The notes under the pieces are model-generated. The model was not told where the DNA came from and ran no database searches. It saw nothing but the letters and a program-made list of their open reading frames with translations. Position numbers and translations under genes: made by a program. DNA of 64,000 nt from Octopus vulgaris (lineage: Eukaryota): assembly GCA_951406725.2 (NCBI GenBank), contig OX597817.1, positions 58,218,001 to 58,282,000 of the forward strand, read 5' to 3'. This document shows, piece after piece, positions 39,293 to 51,123 of the stretch (position 1 is the stretch's first letter; every line of letters begins with the position of its first letter).

Positions 39293-41188
39293 GTTGTTGT
39301 TGTTATTATATCGGTCATGCTTTGTGCAGAGCCAGTCCCACTCTCTCATCTTTCGAAATGGTATTGGTTCTGATGCAACAAGGTCCATGAGTCCAGGAGT
39401 TACCAAGATGCAGAATCTGACTAGAGTTATCTTCTCTTAGCTGAGCAGCTAGAGAGCTGAAGGGCCTCATCTGCTCAGGGTTTATTGGGGTGTCTGTGAG
39501 TGACCTTCTTCTAGATACCATACTGTGAAGTATACTATGCTGTGATGGCTCTTTACTACTAGGCAGACTGGTGCATTATCCCTCACACTAACCTACTTAC
39601 AGCTGAATAAAATTTTTCGTTGCTAAGTGTCTTGGTCATAAAAAAGATTTTAGTTTGTTGATGGGAATAGCATTTGGATAAGTTGGGGAGAGTAATGATG
39701 GATGGACTCATTAAGGCGGTGCCAAGTGATACCACAACCGAATTAGCAACAGTCTGTTGGAATTTTTTCTCACCTTCTTACCAGCCTGTCTTGTTCTATA
39801 GGTCACATAGAGAATGGTCCTTAAATCATTCCATCAGTCACTTCCTAGTAGTGAGTGTATATGTATGTATACACATTATATCCTCCTCCTCATTACCATC
39901 ATATACAAATATTTTTATTCCTTAGTCGGTTATTATAACCGCTAACTCTGTTTGCACCATGTATATATTAAATACACACACACACACATACACACATACA
40001 GGTGTCCTGAAATTAAGGTAACCAGTTTGGGGCTTTAATAACTATCAATAAATGTGATAAGATATGAAAATTATACATCATTATAAAAGCTTAGTGTGTC
40101 TTGTTTTTGTTTCAGACTAAATAAATTCAGATCTATAAATTAGATAATGGCTATAGACCGAAATACAATCATAACTTTTCATAAACAAAGCAAATGTAAT
40201 ACAGCTATAGCAAAAAAGCTTAAAATTAACTGAACAACAGTCTGGAAAATTGTCAAGAAATTTCAAGAGACTGGTTCCACCAGTGTTCGACCTGGACAAG
40301 GCTGAAAAAGATGTGTGTGGACCCCTCAGCTTTTCAAAAGTACCAGAGAAAAGATATGGTAAAATTCTCATTGTTCCATCAGAAAACTGGCTGCCACAGC
40401 AAAAGTAAGCTGAATATCAATATATTGAGTGCTGAAGGAGGATCTCAGCACCCATCCCTACAAGATGATTCACTGTCATGAGCTCTTGCATGTTTATAAG
40501 GTCGTGAGACTGGAGAGAAATCGTTTTATCCTGTGTCAGACTGTTGAAGGCACACTACCCAACCTAATTTTTACTGATGAAAATAAATTTGATATTGAAC
40601 AAACAGTAAACCACCAGAATGGTTGACTTCGGAGTGTATCTGGCTCCAAGAAGACTCATAAATTAATGTAAAAAATCCACAGTCAGTTATGGTTTGAATG
40701 GCTGTGACAGCCACTGGAAGGTGTCCCTTCATTTTTGTCCCCTTGGGTGTTAAAATTAACACCCATCAATCATCAATATATTAATGACTTTCTGGAAGCT
40801 GAACTACTTCAATAGGTGAATGAGCACTTTTAAGGTGCACCTTGGAACCTCCAACAACACTCACCACCATCCCACAGCTCCAAACAGACACAACATTGGA
40901 TTCAGAAAAAAACATTCCTTTGTTCATAGGCAAGGATCTATGGCCCTCAAGAAACCCTGATCTCAACCCATTTTGGAAACAAGGGTCTTGAGCACCCCTC
41001 ATTTTCGCTTGGTGCTTTGAAGGCAAAACTTCACCAGGAATTGGCTTTGATTTCACAAGAATAGCTGCGTGTTGTGTATGATGCATTCGCATCTAGACTT
41101 AAGGCTGTGATTCGAAACAGAGCTGGTCATTTACATTATTTGCATTATTTACATTTGATAGATATTTGTCCCCATCGTGTTTGTTGCT

Positions 41189-41234
41189 AACACAACGTTT
41201 CGGCTGATATACCCTCCAGCCTTCATCAGGTGTC
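41189..41234 (-). ncRNA. Minimal type I hammerhead ribozyme motif, family H2
   Basis: Reverse complement is GACAC-CTGATGA-A-GGCTGG(AGGGTATA)TCAGCC-GAAAC-GTT-GTGTT; intact. Confidence 0.75.
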
Positions 41235-41281
41235 TTGGAGAAATTTCGAACCTGGGTTCTCATTCCTAGGGTATTTTTCGA

Positions 41282-41339
<58 letters not shown>

Positions 41340-41355
41340 TTATTAGATGCTTCAG

Positions 41356-41430
41356 GCATATGGTTTAGTGGTTAAGAGTGCGGGCTACTTACTCCAAGAT
41401 TCCGATTCCGATTCCAGGCAGTGACCTGAA
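41356..41430 (+). mobile_element. tRNA-derived (Pol III) head adjoining the H2 hammerhead-bearing element
   Basis: GGCATATGGTTTAGTGGTTAAGAGTGCGGGCTACTTACTCCAAGATTCCGATTCCGATTCCAGGC. A-box-like TGGTTTAGTGG, anticodon-arm-like segment, degenerate B box ..CGATTCC. Followed by (TAA)n(CAA)n and the H2 body. Confidence 0.55.
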
Positions 41431-41436
41431 TAAAAT

Positions 41437-41508
<72 letters not shown>

Positions 41509-41510
41509 GC

Positions 41511-41544
<34 letters not shown>

Positions 41545-41591
41545 TCGAAAAATACCTTAGGAATGAGAACCCAGGTTCAAAATTCCCCCAA

Positions 41592-41635
41592 GACACCTGA
41601 TGAAGGCTGGAGGGTATATCAGCCGAAACGTGTTA
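41592..41635 (+). ncRNA. Family H2 hammerhead motif with the cleavage triplet deleted
   Basis: GACAC-CTGATGA-A-GGCTGG(AGGGTATA)TCAGCC-GAAAC-[3 nt missing]-GTGTT. Confidence 0.65.
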
Positions 41636-42395
41636 ACAACAAACATGACGAGGACAAATATCCATTGAATGTAAATAATGTAGATAATGTAAATAATGTA
41701 AATAATTCCTTATCTCTTAAATATAGAACTGGAAGAGACCCTCATATCAAATAAATGTGGTTGGGTCATAAATGTGTCTCCTTTACCATTGCATTGCAAT
41801 GCTCAGACCTGAGATATAACAATGTTTTGCTTTGGCAAAATTCTAAAGAATTGGTTGCCTGAATTTTGGGACATCCTTCTTACTTCTCCCATCCCATTGC
41901 TTGACAGCCGGTGTTGGTTTGTTTATGTCCTTGTGTCTTAGTTTGGCAATAAGTACCAGATTTAAGGAGTTCATGGGGTTGGTTTATTCAACTAAAACTC
42001 CTCATGGCTGCAGTCCAATGACTGAAACAAAAGATAAAAGACAAAGCATGCATACACATGTACACACACACACACACACTCACACACACACACTGAAAAG
42101 TGATAATACACATAAACACTCAGATTGAACATATTCATAGATGCAAAGCTATGTGCACACACACACATACTTAACCAAGTATATATTAAATATGTGCACA
42201 CACACACACACAAATCATATTCGCAACAATGATCCATTGATTAAAAATCAATATGATTTGTTTGAAAAGGAAACGCTTTGGAAAATATACGTGTGTGTGT
42301 ATGTATGTTTCAATGTATGTATTATGTATGTATGTATTATGTATTATGTATGTATGTATTATGTATGTATGTACGTACGTATGTATGTATGTATG

Positions 42396-42429
<34 letters not shown>

Positions 42430-42773
42430 TGTATGTATGTATGTATGTATATGAATAGTCTCAGGTGTGGCTGAGTGGTAAGAAGCTTCCAAAGCTTGCT
42501 TCCCAATTACATGTTTCCAGATTTAGCCTGACTGTGTGGCACTGTGTCTTCTACGAGGGTGGGAGGAAAAGTTTAGGAAGAGGAGGGAGTGTTAATTTTT
42601 GCAATTTAAGGGATGTAAAACACAGCAATCTCTTTATAATTTGGTTCCTGTTAACTTTTCCCTGAAGAAGGGACTCTGTCCAGACATTAGATTTTCCACT
42701 CCCCACAGCAAATTCACTCAATTCTTTTAATCAATTTTACTACATAATACAAGTTGTGCCAGGCAGGTAGATA

Positions 42774-42855
<82 letters not shown>

Positions 42856-42886
42856 CGTGTGTGTGTGTGTGTATATATATATATAC

Positions 42887-42919
<33 letters not shown>

Positions 42920-43494
42920 TTATGTGAAATAGAAAGATGAATAATCTTGTAGCAGATTAATCGGATTTTGGTAAATTGTGCCTTTCGAAACACGTGTAGA
43001 ATGAAATAAAACGATTTCTGTTCAATCTTCGTTCAGCTCCATTTCTTCAATTCACCAATAATATTTTATATATATATATATATATAAGTATATATATATA
43101 CATACACACATATATATATGTGTATATATATATATATGTATATATACACACACACAAATATATACATATATGTAAAAGGAACAAAAATGCAATAGATAGC
43201 ATTAAAACATTCGGACAGGTAGACAATAGAAAGGCAGACAAGAGAAACAATTAGAAGGACAGGCAAAAAAAAAAGGGGGGGGGGGCATTCGTGGTCTTCT
43301 ATCCTCAGTCAAGTACCAGAAGTCACAACTGTTTCGGGTAGTTACACTTGACACAGTTCGATCTGGTGGCCCCCAAATAAGTCTAAGCCAAGAGCATTAG
43401 ACTCCTTTGTAAGAAAGTTAGCGAATGTGTATGGCAACAAAGACAAAAAATGGAGAACATGGTACATTATTATATATATATATGTGCTAGTATT

Positions 43495-43710
43495 AATCAG
43501 ACTGTGTTGGTGATGCAATGTGTATACATGAGGACAGCTGCGTAAAGAAGTGCTGACGTCTAAATGTGGAGGGAACCTGTGGAAGAGGTAGATCCCAGAA
43601 GACATAGGATGAGATGGTGAAGCTTGATCTCTGGTTGTTGATTCTCAGGGAGGCAATGAAAAGTGATTGAGACTTTTGGCAATTTGCTGTGCGTGAGAAG
43701 ACATGTCAAG
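43495..43710 (+). mobile_element. RTE-type LINE 3' end fragment
   Basis: Resembles HEDSCVKKC..LNVEGTCGRGRSQKT..., homologous to 32145-32490. Confidence 0.6.
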
Positions 43711-43989
43711 CCAAGTGAGATTGTGGTTGTGGCCAGTGCTGCTGGGACGTAAAAGACACCAATGCTGGTGACATGTAAAAGACACCCACTACACTCTTGG
43801 AGTGGTTGGTGTTGGGAAGGGCATCTAGCCACAAAAACCAAACCAAATGAGACTGGAGCCTGGTACAGCTCTCCAGCCGATCATTTCCGGTTAAGCTGTC
43901 TAACATATGCACTAGCAAGGAAAACGGATGCTAAATGATGACGATGATGACGATGATGATGATGCTAATGATGATGATGATGATGACGA

Positions 43990-44031
<42 letters not shown>

Positions 44032-44693
44032 TCATCATCGTTTAACGTCCGCTTTCCATGCTAGCATGGGTTGGACGGTTCAACTGGGGTCTGGGAAGCC
44101 TGAAGGCTGCACCAGGCCAGTCAGATCTGGCGGTGTTTCTACAGCTGGATGCCCTTCCTAACGCCAACCACTCCGTGAGTGTAGTGGGTGCTTTTTATGT
44201 GCCACCGACACACATATATATATGGCGTTAGGAAGGGCATCCAGCCGTAGAAACACTGCCAGATTTGACTGGGCCTGATGAAGCCTTCTGGCTTCACAGA
44301 CCCCAGTAGAACCGTCCAACCCATGCTAGCATGGAAAACGGACGCTAAACGACGATGATGATGATGATGATGATGATACATATATATAATATATATATGT
44401 TGACACACACACACATACATGCATATACATACCTATACATATTCATACCTGAACATATTCATAGATGCAAAGATATGTGCACACATATACACACACACAC
44501 ACATACAATTGTGGACAGGACATATATAATATACACATAAGTTAAACGATAAGTTAAATGGACGTTAAATGATGATGATGATGATGACGATGATGATGAT
44601 AAGATATTGGAATATCCCAAGAATTTGGCAACATCATGTTTGAATGTGTATACATGTGTATATATACATATACATACATGTGTATATACATAC

Positions 44694-44724
<31 letters not shown>

Positions 44725-45027
44725 TACGTATGTATGCACATACATACATATACAGACACCCACATGATTCTGAAGGCATCCTACACCATTTACATTGGAA
44801 CTAATTACTATTCATATCCTGGTTTCGGTCTACGTCATAATTAAATTGCAAGTTTGATACATGACTATATTAGATGCTAATTGGGGTAGCATATCGGTTG
44901 GTGCTTATATACACCCACCTAAATATAGCCACCAGCATCACTATACAAACCTACAGACACACGTTTACGTCATACATGGCTACATACAGACACATCATAA
45001 ACATATACTTTCATACATACACCTACT

Positions 45028-45085
<58 letters not shown>

Positions 45086-45584
45086 TTATAAAATGAGATA
45101 GGGGTTGAAAATTCAACCCACCATGGGATAATATATATCCAATATACTGCTAGATATGTACCCAACAAAAATAATACATAGATGTTAAAAATTGTCAAGC
45201 AATCAGTTCATCTATTGTATTAAATGGGTAAAGGTAATAATATTACCGTAAATTAATACTACAAAATTAGAGAATGGAGAAACATACTTAAATCAGTAAA
45301 ACATCAACTATCCGATGATACTCAATCCATACTTTAATACACCATTACATATGAGTAAAGGCAATATATAAAATGAAATGAGATATACAGTAATAGTAAA
45401 AGTAAAAAGATAAAGAGATATAAGTAAAAAATTTCAAATATAATATGCAAATAAATCAAAACTGACAGCTGTTTCGGCAGTGAGGACAGTCATACCTCAT
45501 TTAACCTATAGTTATTTCGATCTTGAAAGGATGGACTTGGTGCTAACTTAACTGTATCTATTTTTAGTATTTTTATTATTATTA

Positions 45585-45631
<47 letters not shown>

Positions 45632-45964
45632 AGTAATTTTTATTAACTTTTATAGCTTTAGAATTTTATGAACTGTACCACGGATTTAATTATTATTTTT
45701 CATCTCCATATGTGTTACCCCTTTTTTTATAAAAAAAACTATTAGCCAAATATGTATAATATCGGTACTTATTAATATTAATATATACACTGTTATATAT
45801 TTTGTTTTATATTGTTCTGTTTACCTTCCTTTTTGTACAAATGTGTATTATATTATACAAGTGTAGCATTATGATGTATAAGTTTTTATATTTTACATTT
45901 TTATATTTTTATATTTATATGTATATGATTATATAATATTTTTCACTATTATAACAAATTTAAT

Positions 45965-46084
45965 TTAATTCTCTGAAGAGGCCGTGGGGCATCCTTGTTA
46001 ATGCCTCATTTATACCTGCCTTTATGGCTTATAGGTTAAATGAGGTATGACTGTCCTCACTGCCGAAACAGCTGTCAGTTTTGA
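45965..46084 (+). ncRNA. Type I hammerhead ribozyme motif with extended helix II, family H3
   Basis: CTGAAGA (45973-45979), then an ~85-nt helix II: GGCCGTGGGG/CCTCACTGCC with inner stem ATGCCTCATTTA/TAAATGAGGTAT. Followed by GAAAC-AGCT-GTC (46065-46076), giving palindromic ACAGCTGT and triplet GUC. Helix I is imperfect. Confidence 0.7.
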
Positions 46085-46586
46085 TTTATTTGCATATTAT
46101 ATTTGAAATTTTTTACTTATATCTCTTTATCTTTTTACTTTTACTATTACTGTATATCTCATTTCATTTTATATATTGCCTTTACTCATATGTAATGGTG
46201 TATTAAAGTATGGATTGAGTATCATCGGATAGTTGATGTTTTACTGATTTAAGTATGTTTCTCCATTCTCTAATTTTGTTATATATATATATATATATAC
46301 AACAATGTCATATTGATCAGAAATCGCTGTGATTTGTTTGAAAAGGAAACACTTCCTGCTTTTGATATAGTTTGAAAAATGATCTGGTTGGTGTATTTAT
46401 ATAAATAGATTAGCTAAAACATACATGCTCTCACAAAACACACACTTGCATACACACATATATGCACACGTGTACATACATACATACATTAGTGTTTGAA
46501 TGTATTTCTGAAATTATACTATAGCAATGTCTATTTATATATTGTAGAATATATATATATATGTACATATATAGATACACATACAG

Positions 46587-46618
<32 letters not shown>

Positions 46619-46785
46619 CATATATGCACACACGCATATTGTATGTATATGTTTGTGTCTATATGTGTATGTGTGTGTATTTGAGTTTGACGAGTTGCCT
46701 ATACAGCTAAGCACTTTATAAGTGCTAAGCCAATGGTCACTCTCTGACCAGCCATAACAAACAACCTTCTAAATATATATACATT

Positions 46786-46823
<38 letters not shown>

Positions 46824-47381
46824 ACACACATACATATACTTTTCCATGCTTACATGAGCTGGATGGAGTTTGTTGAAGCAAATTTTCCTTTGGCTGGATG
46901 CCCTTCCTGTCACCAGCCCTCACCTGTTTTCAAGTAAAAAAGAACTTATCCATGACCAGACATGTTTTCACGGAAGACTTGAAATGAAGGACATCACTTG
47001 CATGACAGTGACACTTGATTACAGCTATCACATGATGTCAAGGGAAGGAAACAGTAACACACACACACAAGCAAATGAATAATAACAGATGATGGATAAA
47101 AGAGCCGACATTTATCCATTGTCTGCTATTATTCATTTGCTTATAATACACCATAAGGATTCATGACACAGACACCCTGGAGTATACCAAATAATGTATG
47201 ATCAACACAACATGCACTTTGGACCAGCCCTTAGGTGCTTAATACTCGTAGGGGTGGGTTACTCTGTGTGCATAACTGGAATTTCCTATTAGATATTTAA
47301 TCAACCATAGGTAGTGACCACAGGTTTATCCAACCCTACCTGGTGCATATTCTTTTAAGCACCTGATTCTAACAAGAATCC

Positions 47382-47419
<38 letters not shown>

Positions 47420-47618
47420 ATATAAAGGATTGAGGTTACTCCTCCTGAAGATATAGTCAAAATTGAAATTATCTTCTGGAGGAGTTACCTCAATCCTTTA
47501 TATATCAACCAAAATGAAGTAGATTGACAAAATTATTTTTTGAACCAGTTGAAGACACACAAGATGTCAAAATATCGTTCACTAGATAACAATGGCACTC
47601 TTTTTTAAATTTGGAATC

Positions 47619-47663
<45 letters not shown>

Positions 47664-47899
47664 TATTATATACATATATACAACACACTTCCTTCAGTTT
47701 CCCTTGCCTAGAGTAGAAGACATCTGCCGAACATGCCCCACAGTGGGACTAAACTCAAGGCCATATGGTTGGGAAGCAAACTCTTACCATACAGCCACCC
47801 CGGTAATAATAATTATAATGATAACGATGATGATGATGATGATGATGCTAATAATTACATTGAATAAGAAACTGAAGGAATGTCCGTGTTTAGTTTCAG

Positions 47900-48131
47900 G
47901 TGTATCCCATCAACGGAACCAGTATGTTTGGAGCGAAACCCTTCTATGGCAATGAGGAAAACAAATGGGGATGGCTGTTGGTGATGGCAGCATTCTTCAA
48001 CCAAATGATTGCTGTTGGTGGAGGATTTTCTCTTGGGATTTACCATTTGGAATTTAGAAAATATTTCCAAGGAACCTCAGCTGAAGTGTCTCTTGTCAGT
48101 TCTATTTGCATTGGAAGTCTCATGGGTGCCG
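47900..48131 (+). CDS. SLC16/monocarboxylate transporter-like MFS protein, first coding exon (probable ATG at 47924)
   Basis: Acceptor TTTCAG|47900 and donor G|GTAAGT at 48132 (phase 1). Encodes ...EENKWGWLLVMAAFFNQMIAVGGGFSLGIYHLEFRKYFQGTSAEVSLVSSICIGSLMGA, matching the SLC16 TM1 'GWGW' motif and TM2. The frame is open back to the acceptor, so an upstream coding exon cannot be excluded. Confidence 0.9.
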
Positions 48132-48439
48132 GTAAGTGACATTTACACAAGACTTCCTCTCTTTCCTTCCTTTTTTCTTTCTCTCTTTCCTTCCTTCCTT
48201 CTTTCTTTCCTTCTTCCTTCTTTCTTTCTTCCCTTCTTTCTTTCTTTCCTTCTTTCTTCCCTTCTTTCTTTCTTCCCTTCTTTCCTTATTTCTTTCCTTC
48301 CTTCTTTCTTTCTTTCCTACCTTCTTTCCTTCTTTCTTTCTTTCAGTTTTTCATACTTTCTGTCCTTCTTTCTTTCTTCTTTCTTGTGAATCAAGAAAAT
48401 ATATAATCAATTCAGCTAACTGCAAACAGGTACTGGATG

Positions 48440-49250
48440 GAAGCATAGTAATTCCTATTGTAACCCATGCATCTTGTTGCGAATAGGTACCATGGTGAGG
48501 TATAGTTCACTATAATACTTACTACATCTAATTGCTGTAAATCTGTACCATACAGAGTTACAATTCACTATTGTACCCAATGCCTCTTGTTACTAAGAGG
48601 TACTAAAGGGAAATACAGTTAGTATAATGCCCAATATATCAAATTGATCCTGACAGGTACCATATGGGGGTCAGGTTTATTATTGTACCTTGTACACCTG
48701 GGTACTGTGTGAGGGTACAATTCATTATAGTACTCGCTACTAAGTAGACATAGCTGCTGTAAATAGTTACTGTGTAATGATAGAGTTAACTATAGTACCT
48801 AATGGAACTAGCAGACCTCCCATCACAACAGAAATGATATCCTAAATTCCAGGTGCCATGTGAAATGCATCAGTGCTGCTGCCATATAAAAAGCACTGGT
48901 GATGGTACCATATAAGAAGCACTGGTACCACATAAAAAGCACCCACTACACTCTGTAAAGTGGTTGGCATTAGGAAATGCATCCAGCTGTAGAAACCAAG
49001 CCTAAATAGACTATAGAACACCTGGTGTGGCCCCTGGCCTTGCCAGCTCCTGCTAAACTGTCCAACACATGCCAGCATGGAAAACAGAAATTAAATGATG
49101 ATGATGATGATGATGTGCAGTTCACTATTGTGCTTGGTACATCTAGTTGCTAGTAGATACTATCTGAAGATATAGTTCAATATTGTACCTAGTACATTCA
49201 ACTACAAATAGGTATCTTGTGGAGGCACAATTCACCACAGTAATCATCTA
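48440..49250. repeat. Degenerate ~55-bp minisatellite in transporter intron 1, interrupted by a family C SINE
   Basis: The unit AGTTCACTATTGTACC..TGCATCT.GTTGC...AGGTACC recurs at 48440-48810 and 49118-49250. Confidence 0.6.
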
Positions 49251-50013
49251 GAACACTGTATATTTGGAAAACAGGTAAAGGTTAGCAGCAGCAAGAGCAT
49301 CCATGTAAGCCATGCTAGCATGGAGAAAGAGGCACTGAATGAATGAATGGATCATTGCTTTGAAAACAAAGATAATTACTTCAGTTGCAGGCATGGCTGT
49401 GTGGTAAGAAGTTTGCTTATCAACCACGTGATCCTGGGTTCAGTTCCACTGTGTGACACCATTGGAAAGTGTCTTCTACTATAGCCTCAGAATGATAAAA
49501 GTCTGGCGAGTGGAATTGGTCGAGAGAAACTGAAAGAAACTCATTGTATATGTATGTGTGTGCGTCTGTGTGTGTGCGTGCGTGTGTGTGTGCGTGTGTG
49601 TCTGTGTTTTCTCCATACTACTGCTTAATAACCAGTGTTGGTTTGTTTACATCCACATAATATAGCAGTCTGGGAAAAAAAAGATTGATAGAATGAGAAC
49701 CAGGCTTTAAAAAAATTAAGTCTGAGGTTTAATTCATCCGACAAAAATTCTTCAACTCAGTGCCCCAGCATGGCTGCAGTCAAATGAGTGAAACAAATAA
49801 AAAATAATAGAAAAGAGATAAAACTCCAGCATCCACCACCCCACCGTCAAAGCGAGATATTTACTAGTAAAAAAAAAAGATAAAAAAAGACAAAAAATAA
49901 ATAAAGCATGAAATAAACAAAAATCAATCAAAGAAAAAAAAAGGAAATTCTTGTTTTATTCTTTTATCTGATTTCATTTTTATCCTAAAATAGTTCTGAA
50001 TTAACATTGGCAG

Positions 50014-50157
50014 GTCCTATTGTTAGCTATTTGGTTACCAAATTTGATTCCGGTCTTGTGACAATACTTGGAGCCATTCTTTCCACTGCCAGTATGATTG
50101 GAGCAATATTTTGTGAAAAATTAATATTGCTCTACATAACATTTGGATTCTTGACAG
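50014..50157 (+). CDS. SLC16-like transporter, coding exon 2 (TM3-TM4)
   Basis: TTGGCAG|GTCCT acceptor and ACAG|GTGAG donor; 144 nt, phase 1-1. Encodes GPIVSYLVTKFDSGLVTILGAILSTASMIGAIFCEKLILLYITFGFLT, continuing the frame of exon 1. Confidence 0.92.
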
Positions 50158-51072
50158 GTGAGGCCATTATTTTGCTATTTATTTTTATATTATTTTTGGT
50201 TTTGTCTTATTTTTATCCCTTCTACTTCCTTTCATTGTTGTTGCTGTTGGTGGTGTTATAATCAGCACAATGTCCTGAATTTACTTGTAAACCCCAATTA
50301 TGAATAATACATTACAAACTATATTTTGCTTATATAGGTAGGAGGAGATCAAATGAACTGGTACTTAATTAAGTATGAATGACTGCAGCTCTTGATAGAA
50401 CAGTGGTCAACACCATTGTTTATTCGCTGTTGCTATTGTTGTTTTGCCATTGCTATTGTGAGGCACTTATCGATTCTACAGCAGACAGGAAACAAATATG
50501 ACAAACAAAGAAATATCTGCCAAACTGAAGACATCTTATAAAAATTAACACTTTAAACATGGCTGTCATTGAAACAATAACAACAAAAAACACGAAAGCA
50601 AAACCACCCGAGTTGTTGCCTTGTCTCGGTGCAAACATCTGTACGCAATATAAGTCGGAGTTTTAACAAAAGGATATATATAACTGTTCTTTTTGTTACC
50701 ACTTCCTGTTGGATGTCTCATGGTGATTTAACATCCTGTTGTTTTAATGTTTTAAAGATTCATTTGTAATGGTGACTTTGATATGAATCATTTCACCAGC
50801 CATTTTTACAAAAGCAGAAAAACAAAAAAACAGAAATATGATCATAATAATTCATAATTGTTTCACGATAGCCATTGTATTCATCAAAGCAGTTCATGCT
50901 TTGGTTGTATCTTCATGCAAATTTATTATTTTGTACTAATTTTATCAATCCTTATTCTTTGTCAATCAGCTAAGTTGCCATTATATCTGTATATGTGTGT
51001 GTGCCCATATTGTATATATGTGTATGTATGTATGTATGTGTGTGTGTGTATACATATATGTATGTGTGTGTG

Positions 51073-51123
<51 letters not shown>

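Larger units (their letters stand above)
39998..41881 (+). mobile_element. Decayed Tc1/mariner element with degenerate TIRs, interrupted by the H2 fold-back insertion
   Basis: TA-CAGGTGTCCTGAAATTAAGGTAACC ... GGTTGCCTGAATTTTGGGACATCCTTC-TA. Transposase remnants LIFTDENKFDIEQ, PQSVMV, WPSRNPDLNP and RLKAVI. Confidence 0.7.

Noticed and set aside
41356-41430. Functional tRNA gene (also SINE A/B heads)
   Set aside because: No proper acceptor stem or T-arm; these are tRNA-derived SINE heads.
44270-44300. CTGATGAAG in the family C SINE arm as a hammerhead core
   Set aside because: No helix II followed by GAAA; the sister arm differs at this position.
44805-44880. Minus-strand GACCGAAACCAGGATA as a hammerhead
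   Set aside because: The 5' core is unrecognisable and helices I and III do not pair.
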